64,000 bases of DNA from Patescibacteria group bacterium. Its GTDB lineage: Bacteria > Patescibacteriota > Patescibacteriia > UBA9934 > GWF2-40-263. Both the position numbers and the translations under genes were made by a program. The notes beneath the pieces are model-generated. The model saw only the letters and a program-made list of their open reading frames with translations. It was not told where the DNA came from and ran no database searches. The stretch spans positions 300,306 to 364,305 of the forward strand of contig JBAZTR010000001.1 of the NCBI GenBank assembly GCA_041661745.1, given 5' to 3'. Below are positions 53,243 to 62,599 of the stretch, one piece after another. How positions within the stretch are numbered: position 1 is the stretch's first letter; the number at the start of each line of letters is the position of its first letter.

Positions 53243-53377
53243 ACCAAGACCTCCCGACTCCGACACGTGCGTTCCACCTTCATGGAGCGCTTTTTTTATA
53301 AAAACAAAACCGCCGGGTTTAACCCCGACGGCTGTACATGAAATTTATCCCTCCGAAGCCCGAAGGGCGAAGGGGGA

Positions 53378-53968
53378 TTATTCACCCAAACTCATTCTTG
53401 TAAAACGACCGACCTGCATGTTTTCACCCAAAATCCCCACAACCTCTTTAACCATAATTTCTACAGTCTTGGTATCGTCTTTAATAAACAACTGCTCCAA
53501 CAAACAAACTTCAGAATAAAATTTATTCAACTTGCCTTCGACAATCTTTTCAACAATTTCGGCCGGTTTGTTTTGTTCGGCAATTTCGGCGCGATAAGTT
53601 TCTTTTTCTTTTTCAACTATCTCGGCCGGTACTTCTTCACGACGCACATAGCGCGGCGCGGTTGCGGCCACGTGCATGGCCAAATCGCGACCCAAATTTT
53701 GGAATTGTTCGGTTTTAGCAACAAAGTCAGTTTCACAGTATAACTCCACCATGGCAGCTAATCTGTTGTTAGAGTGAAGGTAGGTAAAAATTCGGCCTTC
53801 CTTGGCGACCCGTTCGGCTTTTTTATCAGCCTTGGCCACACCTTTTTTACGAAGAATCTCAGTTGCTTTTTCCAAGTCGCCGCCGGATTCCTCCAACGCC
53901 GCTTTGGCGTCCATCATGCCAGCGTCGGTCATTGCCCGAAGCTGCATGACAATTTTGGCATCGATCAT
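53378..53968 (-). CDS. tsf: Elongation factor Ts (short form)
   Basis: LRAMTDAGMMDAK, CETDFVAK, LAMHVAA. Confidence 0.96.
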   Translation of the reverse strand: MIDAKIVMQLRAMTDAGMMDAKAALEESGGDLEKATEILRKKGVAKADKKAERVAKEGRIFTYLHSNNRLAAMVELYCETDFVAKTEQFQNLGRDLAMHVAATAPRYVRREEVPAEIVEKEKETYRAEIAEQNKPAEIVEKIVEGKLNKFYSEVCLLEQLFIKDDTKTVEIMVKEVVGILGENMQVGRFTRMSLGE

Positions 53969-54088
53969 ATTTTTATTTTAGCTTGTAGCTGGTAGGAGGT
54001 AGCTGGTAGGTCAGAATCTATTTTAGAATCCGCCTACAAGGCCAGCTAAGCTGGCCAAGCTACAAGCTACTTCCTACAAGCTGTAAAT

Positions 54089-54835
54089 TTATTTTTCGGT
54101 AATCACCGGGGCGGCGACATTTTGTGGGGCCGCCATTTTGGCTGTTTCAAACGCCTTGCGGCCTTCGATAATTGCCTCGGACATTAATTTAGTAATTAAC
54201 GCCAGTGATTTGGCAGCGTCGTCGTTAGCCGGAATAACAAAGTCAACATCGTCAGGATTAATATTGGTGTCGCAGATGGCGATAACCGGAACATGCATGG
54301 TCACGGCTTCACGCACAGCGGTTTTGTCGCAATGCATGTCGAGAACAAATACCGCTTCCGGCATACGTTCAAGCGCTTCAATGCCCCCAACCTTACCGGT
54401 TAACTCTTCGATCTCGCGAGCAAACCACAACTGTTCTTTTTTAGTATATTTTTTTAATTCACCGCGTTCGTTTTGTTCACGCAACATTTTTAAACGGCGA
54501 ATAAGTTTTTTGACTTCACCGAAGTTGGTTAAAGTACCGCCAAGCCAGCGAGCCGAAACATACGGCATACCGCAACGAGTCGCTTCCTTAGCCACCGGCT
54601 CTTGAGCCTGGCGTTTGGTGCCGACAAATAAAATAAGGCCACCGCGTGAAACGACGCCTTTAACATACTCTAAGGTTTCCTTAAGAAGCTTTTGAGTCTC
54701 CTCAAGATTGATGATATGGATACCGCCACGTTCAGCGAAAATGTACGGTTCCATTTTTGGGTGCCAGCGTTGGGCCTGATGGCCAAAATGCACGCCAGCC
54801 TTAAGCATTTCCTCCAAGGAAGGAATGGTAGGCAT
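54089..54835 (-). CDS. rpsB: 30S ribosomal protein S2
   Basis: AGVHFGH, RWLGGTLTN, IPANDDA. Confidence 0.97.
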   Translation of the reverse strand: MPTIPSLEEMLKAGVHFGHQAQRWHPKMEPYIFAERGGIHIINLEETQKLLKETLEYVKGVVSRGGLILFVGTKRQAQEPVAKEATRCGMPYVSARWLGGTLTNFGEVKKLIRRLKMLREQNERGELKKYTKKEQLWFAREIEELTGKVGGIEALERMPEAVFVLDMHCDKTAVREAVTMHVPVIAICDTNINPDDVDFVIPANDDAAKSLALITKLMSEAIIEGRKAFETAKMAAPQNVAAPVITEK

Positions 54836-54932
54836 AAATTTGTTCCTTTTAGTTACCCGACGGATCGACTTAAGCCCGAATTTCGGGAGGAAAAAGCCGA
54901 TTTTGCCCGTCTTAGAGATTAATTACGTTGGA

Positions 54933-54980
54933 AGTATAAATGAATATGGCCTTGACGTCAAGACTAAATCCGTGTATTTT
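54933..54980. promoter_or_regulatory. Back-to-back sigma70 promoters sharing the palindrome CTTGACGTCAAG
   Basis: Minus: TTGACG-17-TATACT (rpsB); plus: TTGACG-17-TATTTT (55034 gene). Confidence 0.65.
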
Positions 54981-55033
54981 AATTCGGCCGTGCCGCATGG
55001 CCGGTATAATCCAACTCGGGAGAGTTGCTACCG

Positions 55034-55342
55034 ATGTCGACTAGCCAGGGAACTTTCACCCCGCCCCGCCGCGCCGCCCACACCACCGAGACGCGGACCA
55101 TCGTCGGCCTGTCCATCGACAAGGCCGCGAAGAGCTTCAAGGCCGCTGTCTTCGCCAAGAAGGGCGACGACCCGGTCAAGCGTCTCGCGACGATCCGGGA
55201 GCGCGCCATCGCGCTTCTGAACTGTCACACCCTCGGGGACGACCCCAAGAGCAGCGAGATCCTCCGCAAGGCCGGGAGGCTGGCCAAGAAGAACAGCCTC
55301 CCCGACGACATCGTCGACATGTTCCCTGTCTCGGCCAACTAG
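55034..55342 (+). CDS. GC-rich small basic hypothetical protein
   Basis: GGGAGAG SD 9 nt upstream, almost all codons end in G/C, T-run after a structured 3' region. Confidence 0.65.
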   Translation: MSTSQGTFTPPRRAAHTTETRTIVGLSIDKAAKSFKAAVFAKKGDDPVKRLATIRERAIALLNCHTLGDDPKSSEILRKAGRLAKKNSLPDDIVDMFPVSAN

Positions 55343-55435
55343 GGTCGTACACCTTCCTCGTCTTCCGACCGTCTAACTAAAAGACGCCCACACCTGCGGC
55401 GTCTCTGAGTAGACCGGCCGGAATTTTTTTATTTT

Positions 55436-55548
55436 CCCTCTCCCCAGCTCTCCCCCGTATGAGGCCATACGAGGGAGGGAGAACTAAAATTTTATAAATA
55501 TTTCTTCCTCCATCATCGCCACGATGGGGGAGGATAAGAGGAGGGGGA
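55436..55548. repeat. Two REP-like elements in opposite orientation
   Basis: 55436-55483 matches the 39754 family; 55502-55548 is an inverted copy of 26613-26658. Confidence 0.8.
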
Positions 55549-56190
55549 TTAAATCTGCTCATCAACCAATTGATGACGACGACGCACGCGCTCGGCTTGC
55601 AACAAAACATATCCCACTCCGGTTAACCCCCCAAGAACTAAACCAGAAAAAGCATTGGATGGAATATTTGGTCGAGCCGGCCAGCGAGAATTGAGTGGTG
55701 TATCAACCACCCGCACTGAAATATCACCACCAGACAAATACGAAGTGGCTTGCTGTGTTAAAACATAAGCCATGGCATTAACAATTTGTTCAGCTTGATC
55801 AACATCAACATGATAAGCCGCCAAGGTTAACAAACCGTTACCGCGCGAAACCGAAGCGGAAACCATTTTACCCCAAGCTTTGCGTTTTTTATCTTCGCGA
55901 TCAGGAAAAACCGATTGATCGATTTCAAAACCAGCACTCATGACTTGGTCAAAAAAAGATGTGGTGTAAACAATGGTCGCCAAATTTTCCGCCAAACGTT
56001 CAACCGAACGGCTGGCCGTGTAAGCATCAAGGGACGAGGCGTTTTCTTGTAAAATTAAAAGACGAACCGTGGAAGAATATTTTAGGGGCTGAACAAAAGA
56101 AACAATGAGCGCAATAACCAATCCGGTAAAGGCCATGGAAATAATTGTGGCCCAGCCGCGCAAAAGAACGGTGGAATGATTTTTAGCCAT
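55549..56190 (-). CDS. Wzz/CapA-like polysaccharide chain-length determinant
   Basis: Two TMs, P.KYSSTVRLLI, C-terminal PARPN..N...GLVLG. Confidence 0.75.
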   Translation of the reverse strand: MAKNHSTVLLRGWATIISMAFTGLVIALIVSFVQPLKYSSTVRLLILQENASSLDAYTASRSVERLAENLATIVYTTSFFDQVMSAGFEIDQSVFPDREDKKRKAWGKMVSASVSRGNGLLTLAAYHVDVDQAEQIVNAMAYVLTQQATSYLSGGDISVRVVDTPLNSRWPARPNIPSNAFSGLVLGGLTGVGYVLLQAERVRRRHQLVDEQI

Positions 56191-56210
56191 ACTTTTTAAA
56201 ATTTCAAATT

Positions 56211-57290
56211 TTAGTGGGAACCAAGAACCAAATCAATTTTCAAACTTGTCCCGTTGCGATCAATAGTCAAACTAACCGAATCACCAATGTGATAATCAGA
56301 CAGCAATTCGTCGAGCGATTGTTTTTCGGAAATTTCCAAACCGCCGACCGAAATAATTATGTCACCACGCAACAAACCAGCGGTTTCGGCGGGACTGCCT
56401 TTAGTTATTGTACCAAGTAATGTCCCTTTGGTGTAGCTGCGCGTGTAAGTTTCATTGTAGCCAACGGCCCGGGCCAGATCAGTGGCCACTGCCCCAAACC
56501 ACAAAGAGGCGATTTTATTTTCTTTTAACAAAGAATAAACGACCGGCTTAAAAGCCGTTACCGGTAAAACCGTTTCGGTTTCGCCAATTTTATTGGCCAT
56601 TAAAACACCAATCACTTCACCCGAAGAATTAACCACGGCACTACCAGAAAAACGTGAATCAATTGAGGTGTTCAGAACCAAGCGCCGACTAACAGTTTCG
56701 GCTGGCAAAGAAATTTCGCCAATGCGTTCGGTGCGCACCAACGGCGAAACAAATAATTCGTTAGCCGCCGAAACGACAAACAGATTATCGCCCGGGTTAA
56801 CCGACAAAGAATTACCAAAAGAAACAACGGGCGCGTTAGAAATTTCTATTTTCAAAAACAAGACACCGGTCGCAGTATCGGCTAACGCCTGCTGCACGGC
56901 GTAAACTTTTCCGTTATAAAGAATCATCGCTTGGGCGGCCTCGGTCGCGGAAAGATAAAGGGGAGCCGTTAAAAGCCAACCGTCAGAAGTAATAAAAAAT
57001 CCGCTTGCTTGCCCTTCGCCCGGTTCGTAAGCTCCGGTAGCGTCGGATGGAGCGGAAAAAATTTCCACCGCGGCCACTCCAACATCTTCTCGGACCTGTT
57101 CGACAGCTTGGCCGTAATTGCTTGGATCAGGGCGGACGCGCTCGTCTGACAAATTAATGGAATTGGGAGTGGAAATAACCGTATCGTAATCACGTAAATA
57201 ACTTAAAGTTAACGATGCTGTTATGACACCGGCTCCGCCGCCCAAAACTATAGCCAGTAAAAGAATTGATGGGGTCGAAAGCATTTTCAT
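56211..57290 (-). CDS. HtrA-like trypsin-fold/PDZ protein with degenerate active site
   Basis: ASGFFITSDGWLLT, FSGSAVVNSSGEVIG, GSPAETAGLLRGDII PDZ motif. Confidence 0.8.
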   Translation of the reverse strand: MKMLSTPSILLLAIVLGGGAGVITASLTLSYLRDYDTVISTPNSINLSDERVRPDPSNYGQAVEQVREDVGVAAVEIFSAPSDATGAYEPGEGQASGFFITSDGWLLTAPLYLSATEAAQAMILYNGKVYAVQQALADTATGVLFLKIEISNAPVVSFGNSLSVNPGDNLFVVSAANELFVSPLVRTERIGEISLPAETVSRRLVLNTSIDSRFSGSAVVNSSGEVIGVLMANKIGETETVLPVTAFKPVVYSLLKENKIASLWFGAVATDLARAVGYNETYTRSYTKGTLLGTITKGSPAETAGLLRGDIIISVGGLEISEKQSLDELLSDYHIGDSVSLTIDRNGTSLKIDLVLGSH

Positions 57291-57300
57291 ACAAGAAAAA

Positions 57301-58074
57301 TTAAGTCCATTTGGCGGTTAAAACAATAACTACCGCAATCAAACCGAAGGCTAACAGGTAACGTTTTAAAACCATCGGACTTAATCGGTTAAATAAATGG
57401 GCGCGTACTATACCAAGAAAAATGTAAAAAAACAAGGTTAGGATAGCCGCGTTGGAAAAAAAGCTGGCCGGTAAAAAAGCTAGACACAAAAACAATTCCG
57501 CTAACAATAAAACGGCCCCAAAGGCGTTGGGAATAATTTTTTCCTTCCCGATCTTACAAACCCAAAGAACCGAAGCAAAAAGAGCAAAAATAAAAACCGC
57601 ATGCAATGGAACGATTAACCAAAGCGAAAAACCAAAAAAAAGTCGCAGGGCAAAAAAGGCCGCGGTAACAAAGAAAACGCTTACCACTCCCATGACCAAC
57701 GACAAATATTCCAAGGCGTTAACTTGATACGTGCTAGATAAATACAGAAAGGAAAAAATGTTTTCCGCAAACAACCAAAGTAAAAGGGTGGCTAAGGTAA
57801 TAATTAAAATTTTCATGTCCCGCCCTTCGACAAAAAGCAACAAAGAAAAGGCCGAAACAGCTAAACAAAAAGGTAAGGCAAAGAAAGACCAAAAATCAGC
57901 TTTATTAAAAGACCAACCGGCCAGTTTGGCTAAAATAAAAAAAAGAATCAAAAGGGCCACGCCGATAACTATAAAAGGATGACCGGGAAACCAAAACAAA
58001 GCCATTGACCCAATGGCCATGGTTAAACCAGCTAAGATGGGAAGGGCGCGTAGAAAAACCAACATGTTATTCAA
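57301..58074 (-). CDS. Polytopic membrane protein
   Basis: Many hydrophobic segments; same-strand run with neighbours. Confidence 0.72.
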   Translation of the reverse strand: MNNMLVFLRALPILAGLTMAIGSMALFWFPGHPFIVIGVALLILFFILAKLAGWSFNKADFWSFFALPFCLAVSAFSLLLFVEGRDMKILIITLATLLLWLFAENIFSFLYLSSTYQVNALEYLSLVMGVVSVFFVTAAFFALRLFFGFSLWLIVPLHAVFIFALFASVLWVCKIGKEKIIPNAFGAVLLLAELFLCLAFLPASFFSNAAILTLFFYIFLGIVRAHLFNRLSPMVLKRYLLAFGLIAVVIVLTAKWT

Positions 58075-58828
58075 TCTTCATTATTTCCACGGTCAGGGTG
58101 CCAAAAACTTTCAAAAATCCAGTGGTGGTCTCAAGTCTGTCAATCAAAGCGTAACGACCGATTTCTTGATTTAAGTAACTAAGTCCGTTATTTATTATCG
58201 GCTTAAGTATAATATTGGTCAAAAAAGAAGGAATGGATAAATTACCAATTTTTATCTTAATGTCTTCGGCCACCACCAAGCCGTCCTTGGCCGCCGGGAT
58301 GACTATAAAACGCAGGGCGTTTCCGTTAGACTGACCGGCTATTGGCAAAAATATCTCAACTCCCTGCCTTTCGTCAATTGCCACCTGAGCCAGGTTGCCG
58401 GAAAAGAAAGACAAATTGTTATCTTTTAAAAGAGTCCGAAAAGAGGTAGTGATTGAATTTTCCGATAAAGACAACTCGACACTGCGATCGGCCAGACTGC
58501 CGGCTCCAGATTGTAGACGTTCGGTTAAAACCGCACCAAAGGTTTCTGAAATATAAGTTTCCAGTGGGGCGCCGGCCGCAACAACATGAAGCGGGGCCGG
58601 AGTTTTGTAAGCCAAACTGGAAAGTACGGGCACATTAATAAGACCCGAGGCCGCGACAATCCAAGCAAGGCCAACAACCGCCAACAATAGAATCAAAAAT
58701 AAAAAAAGACAGCCCCAAAGTCTTCCGTGACCATGTCGCTGTGGTAATGATTCCTTTTTTTCTGACGGGGGAATTTTTTCTGTTTCTTTAGCCGCCACCG
58801 GTCCGGATTTTTTTTCGATCATAACCAT
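58067..58828 (-). CDS. Single-TM hypothetical protein
   Basis: 253 aa ORF within a same-strand gene run. Confidence 0.7.
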   Translation of the reverse strand: MVMIEKKSGPVAAKETEKIPPSEKKESLPQRHGHGRLWGCLFLFLILLLAVVGLAWIVAASGLINVPVLSSLAYKTPAPLHVVAAGAPLETYISETFGAVLTERLQSGAGSLADRSVELSLSENSITTSFRTLLKDNNLSFFSGNLAQVAIDERQGVEIFLPIAGQSNGNALRFIVIPAAKDGLVVAEDIKIKIGNLSIPSFLTNIILKPIINNGLSYLNQEIGRYALIDRLETTTGFLKVFGTLTVEIMKIE

Positions 58829-58831
58829 AGA

Positions 58832-59248
58832 TTATTTTTGCAGCCAGGAATTTTCGGACAAAACTTTTTGAAGGCGGGTCTGCCCTTCTTCAAGTTTATT
58901 CGGCTCACCGGACAAACCTTGTTTTAGCAACTCCATGGCGCTAACCAATTCAAAATGAACGGCCCGACCTTCGGCCGGCACGCGCAAGGCCAACAAATTT
59001 TGTTCAACTTCGGAAACAAGCGCCAAGCGCGCTTCCCAATAAGTGTCTGTCTCGTAACGATTTTGAAAATCACCCAAAGCTAAGCGAGCCGAAGTTTGAT
59101 ACTGTTCGAAAGTTATGGTTGAACCCTCGTTGATAACCTCAGATGAATTTTTTGACACAATGGCCCAAACCACAAACAAAAGTAAAAGTAATGACAGAAA
59201 ACCTAAAACAAAAGGAAACCAATTTCGATGATGAATGTCGTGAAACAT
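58832..59248 (-). CDS. Single-TM hypothetical protein
   Basis: 138 aa, LRVPAEGRAVHFELV helical motif. Confidence 0.7.
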   Translation of the reverse strand: MFHDIHHRNWFPFVLGFLSLLLLLFVVWAIVSKNSSEVINEGSTITFEQYQTSARLALGDFQNRYETDTYWEARLALVSEVEQNLLALRVPAEGRAVHFELVSAMELLKQGLSGEPNKLEEGQTRLQKVLSENSWLQK

Positions 59249-59266
59249 AATTAAAAGCGAAAAAAA

Positions 59267-60313
59267 TTATTTTTCGGAGGACGACCCGGAAAACAATTCT
59301 TCAACAGCCACGGAAATCATGGTCGCCGCCGGAATGGCTAAAAGAGCCCCGGCAAGTCCGCCAAATTTAATACCAACAAGCATGGCCAAAATACTGATAA
59401 CCGGATTAAGTCCGGTCACTTTTTGCATAATTTTTGGTACCAGAATGTTATTTTCAATTTCTTGAATAGCAACGAAAAGAATTAATACCAAAATTCCCTT
59501 AAGAGGTGAAATGGAAAAAGCGATAATTAAAGTCGGCACGGCTGCGAGCATTGGTCCGGCATAAGGAATAATTTCCAACAAGCCGGCCACTAAACCTAAA
59601 AGCAAGGCGTAAGGCACGCCAAGAATGGTCAAACCAAGGTAAACGGCCAAACCGATAATTACTCCGAGAATTAATTGACCGCGCAACCACGAGCCGATAC
59701 GCTTCTGCATTTTGTTAAATAACGAAGCCAGAAAAGGTTGATATTCAGCCGGCGCAAAACTTTTAACAAAGCGTTTGGCCGCGTCTTCCTCAACCACCAT
59801 GTAAAAAGTCAAAACTAAAACGATGACAAAAGCTGCCAGGCTGCCAAAGAAACCAGTGACTGTGGAAAAAATTCCGGAAAAAGATTCACTAAAGCCGTCT
59901 TGAATTGCTTGAAAGCCGGATTGAAAATTTGCACCAAAACCGTACTGAACGGTTAAGTCTTGAAAACGACTAAAGGTGTTGGTCAAGCCATCAAAAATCT
60001 GAGGAAAATTAGAAACAAATTGTTGTACCTGAGACATTATTGGCGGAACCAACAAAATAACGATTAAAGTCCCCGTGGCCAACAAACAAAAATAAACAAT
60101 AATCACAGCCAGAGCTCGAGGGATGCGATGCTTGGCAAACCAAGTAGCAAATGGATCAATTAAAGCCGACAACAGTAAGGCCACAAACAGCATGGCCACG
60201 ACATCACGCAACATCCACAGCAATCCGATTATCACCAACATGATTAAAACCTTGGCGATCGTCCAAGTTGAGACCGAAACCAAATGCGGTCGGTCGGTTG
60301 TTCTAATGGGCAT
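59267..60313 (-). CDS. AI-2E (PerM) family transporter
   Basis: WLRGQL, IIPYAGP, IENNILVPKIM, GALLAIP. Confidence 0.92.
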   Translation of the reverse strand: MPIRTTDRPHLVSVSTWTIAKVLIMLVIIGLLWMLRDVVAMLFVALLLSALIDPFATWFAKHRIPRALAVIIVYFCLLATGTLIVILLVPPIMSQVQQFVSNFPQIFDGLTNTFSRFQDLTVQYGFGANFQSGFQAIQDGFSESFSGIFSTVTGFFGSLAAFVIVLVLTFYMVVEEDAAKRFVKSFAPAEYQPFLASLFNKMQKRIGSWLRGQLILGVIIGLAVYLGLTILGVPYALLLGLVAGLLEIIPYAGPMLAAVPTLIIAFSISPLKGILVLILFVAIQEIENNILVPKIMQKVTGLNPVISILAMLVGIKFGGLAGALLAIPAATMISVAVEELFSGSSSEK

Positions 60314-60378
60314 AAGATAAAAATGATTTGATAATAGTATAGCACAAAAACACCACTTAGTCAGACGTGCTAGAAAAA

Positions 60379-60669
60379 TTAAAGGTTTTTATAGGCAAAA
60401 TTTTTAAGGGTCAGATTAAGTTGCTGTTTTAGTGCGGCCCGACCATTACCGCCTTTCAAAAATTTTTCTCTCTTTTTCGCTTCTTGTTCAGTTCTGTAAA
60501 CCTCGTAATACAACAAGACAAACGGCCGCCGATTTTTTGTCGACTTTGTTGTGCCTTCATTATGTTCTTTCATGCGACGATCCAAGTCGGTCGTAAAGCC
60601 AGTATACAATCTTCTATCTTTTAAACTCAAAAGAACATAAACAAAATATGGGATCGCAATTAATTTCAT
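60379..60669 (-). CDS. Stand-alone GIY-YIG nuclease family protein
   Basis: FVYVLLS..RLYTGFTTDLDRRMKEHN...YYE...AKKREKFLK. Confidence 0.9.
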   Translation of the reverse strand: MKLIAIPYFVYVLLSLKDRRLYTGFTTDLDRRMKEHNEGTTKSTKNRRPFVLLYYEVYRTEQEAKKREKFLKGGNGRAALKQQLNLTLKNFAYKNL

Positions 60670-60683
60670 ATCAATTTAAATTA

Positions 60684-60989
60684 TAAAACAAAATCCCGGT
60701 TGTTTAAACCGAGACTTTGGTGTCGAGCTGAGCTCGACTTCACCAAGCTGAGCGTGGTGTATCAGACTGTTTAATCAGGAAAGAAGCTAAGCTTCTTTCC
60801 TTGCCTGTAACTATAAACCAAGCTGTAATGATAGGAAGGGGAATGAATTAAAACAAAATCTTGGTCTATGAAACCAAGATATTTGTGTCGAGCTGAGCTC
60901 GACTTCACCAAGCTGAGCGCGGTGTATCAAACAGTTTAGCCAGGAAAGAAGCTAAGCTTCTTTCCTTACCTGTAACTATAAACCAAGCT
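60684..60989 (-). repeat. Two ~141-bp structured direct repeats, period 165 bp
   Basis: 60684-60824 and 60849-60989 share gtcgagctgagctcgacttcaccaagctgagc and ggaaagaagctaagcttctttcc. Confidence 0.88.
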
Positions 60990-60994
60990 CAGCT

Positions 60995-61401
60995 TGGTGG
61001 AACTGGAGGGAATTGAACCCTCGTCTGGTGAGAGCAACCCGAACGCTTCTTCAAGCGTAGTCCCGCTTGGAATGTGCCTGCGGTGTGATATAAGCGGAAC
61101 AAAACTCACAACGCAGCGCCGGTCGCCTTTTCTTAGTGTCTAGAGACCGGATACCTAGACGCCCAGCCCGAGATTATGACACCTCAATTTCCCTTATCAG
61201 GCGTCGGGGAACGAGATGGGTTGTTTGCCCTTAGGCGACAACCGAAACAAAGCTAGGAACAGCGAACGCTTTCGCGAAGGTGTTCTTCACTTGTGAGAAG
61301 ATATTGGCATTTGCTTCTCTAATACCCAGGATTTACGAGGTAAGGTATGTCCTCGGCTTGCACATTCGGATCGCAGGCTCCCATCGATCCCGATCAGTCC
61401 C
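60995..61401 (-). ncRNA. ssrA: tmRNA
   Basis: 5' GGGACUG pairs with 3' CAGUUCC-ACCA giving the G3-U Ala determinant; T-arm GGGTTCAATTCCC; tag ORF 61308-61231; adjacent to smpB. Confidence 0.92.
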
Positions 61402-61481
61402 CCATTGGTGGTAATCAATGGCGTAGGGGCACAAAATTTTGTGCCCCTACGACACCACCAATGGGGGCGCGACCGGAATAT

Positions 61482-61925
61482 TTATTCCCGCATTTTTTCG
61501 CGAATCTGGCGATCGACCTCGCGTTTTTTAATGGAAGCGCGTTTTTCGTATTTCTTTTTACCGTGAGCCAAGGCAAAAGAAATCTTAACAAGATTCCGAA
61601 GAGTATATACTTTAATTGGCACTAAAGTCAAGCCTTGGGTGTTGATTTTGCCGATCAATTTATTGATATCGCGACGGCGAAGAAGAATTTTACGATTGCG
61701 ATACGGGTCGTATGATTCTTGGGCCCCGGCCGGCTCGTATCGTGAAATGAGTGCGTTCTTTAACCACGGCGCGCCATCTCTAATCATAATAAAAGCGCCT
61801 TTGAGTTGAACGTGACCGGCCTTGGCCGATTTAACTTCAGCGCCAGTTAAAACAAGACCACCCTCAAAAGTCTCGAGAAACTCGTAATCGTATTGGGCAC
61901 GCTTATTGATAGCCAACGATTCCAT
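61482..61925 (-). CDS. smpB: SsrA-binding protein
   Basis: Start reset to MESLAINKRA; GLVLTGAEVKS, RKILL, GLTLVP, GKKKYEKR. Confidence 0.95.
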   Translation of the reverse strand: MESLAINKRAQYDYEFLETFEGGLVLTGAEVKSAKAGHVQLKGAFIMIRDGAPWLKNALISRYEPAGAQESYDPYRNRKILLRRRDINKLIGKINTQGLTLVPIKVYTLRNLVKISFALAHGKKKYEKRASIKKREVDRQIREKMRE

Positions 61926-61991
61926 AACCGATTTTAGTATAGCACATCTTGATTTTTGCCCAATATCTGATACACTCTTCCATATAAAAAT

Positions 61992-62543
61992 ATGCGCATC
62001 CATCGACATCGATTTCGTAAGCCAAAATTCGACATTCCGGAATATCGGGTTAATGAAGAGATTACTGCCCCGGAATTGCGAGTGATTGACGAAGCTGGCC
62101 AACCGCTTGGGGTAATCAGCACCATTGAAGCCATCCGCATTGCCGCGGAAAAAGGTTTTGATTTGGTTGAAGTTTCGCCTAAAGCCGAACCGCCGGTGGC
62201 CAAAATTTTGGACCATGGCCAATTTAAGTATCAAAAAGAAAAGGAAGTGCGAAAACAAAAGGTGCAGTCGCACGAAGTTGACACCAAGGGTATTCGGCTA
62301 TCAGTGCGTATTGGCGAACACGATTTGGAAATCCGCCGACTGCAAGCCAAAAAGTTCTTGGAGCGTGGTGACAAAATTCGCCCGGAAATAGTTCTCCGTG
62401 GCCGCGAAAAAGCCCATACTGACTTGGCCGAAGAAATAATTAAGGGTTTCGTTAAGTCCCTGGAAATATACTTCCCGCTCCGCATTGAACAACCCATTTC
62501 TAAAATGAATGGCCGGGTTACCACCACCGTGGCCCGCGGCTAA
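61992..62543 (+). CDS. infC: Translation initiation factor IF-3
   Basis: RVNEEI, DLVEVSPKAEPPVAKILD, IGEHDL, RGRE. Confidence 0.95.
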   Translation: MRIHRHRFRKPKFDIPEYRVNEEITAPELRVIDEAGQPLGVISTIEAIRIAAEKGFDLVEVSPKAEPPVAKILDHGQFKYQKEKEVRKQKVQSHEVDTKGIRLSVRIGEHDLEIRRLQAKKFLERGDKIRPEIVLRGREKAHTDLAEEIIKGFVKSLEIYFPLRIEQPISKMNGRVTTTVARG

Positions 62544-62544
62544 A

Positions 62545-62573
62545 TTGACAGAAATAAGCGTTTCCGTTATACT
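62545..62573 (+). promoter_or_regulatory. Sigma70 promoter for rpmI-rplT
   Basis: TTGACA-17bp-TATACT. Confidence 0.7.
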
Positions 62574-62599
62574 CCTAGCGCTTTTCTTTAGTGAAAAAT

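Noticed and set aside
60684-60989. Possible CRISPR array
   Set aside because: Only two long units, no unique spacers between short repeats, and no cas genes.
61992-62036. infC starting at ATG instead of ATT (loss of autoregulation)
   Set aside because: An in-frame ATT at 62034 is also plausible, so the start cannot be determined from sequence.
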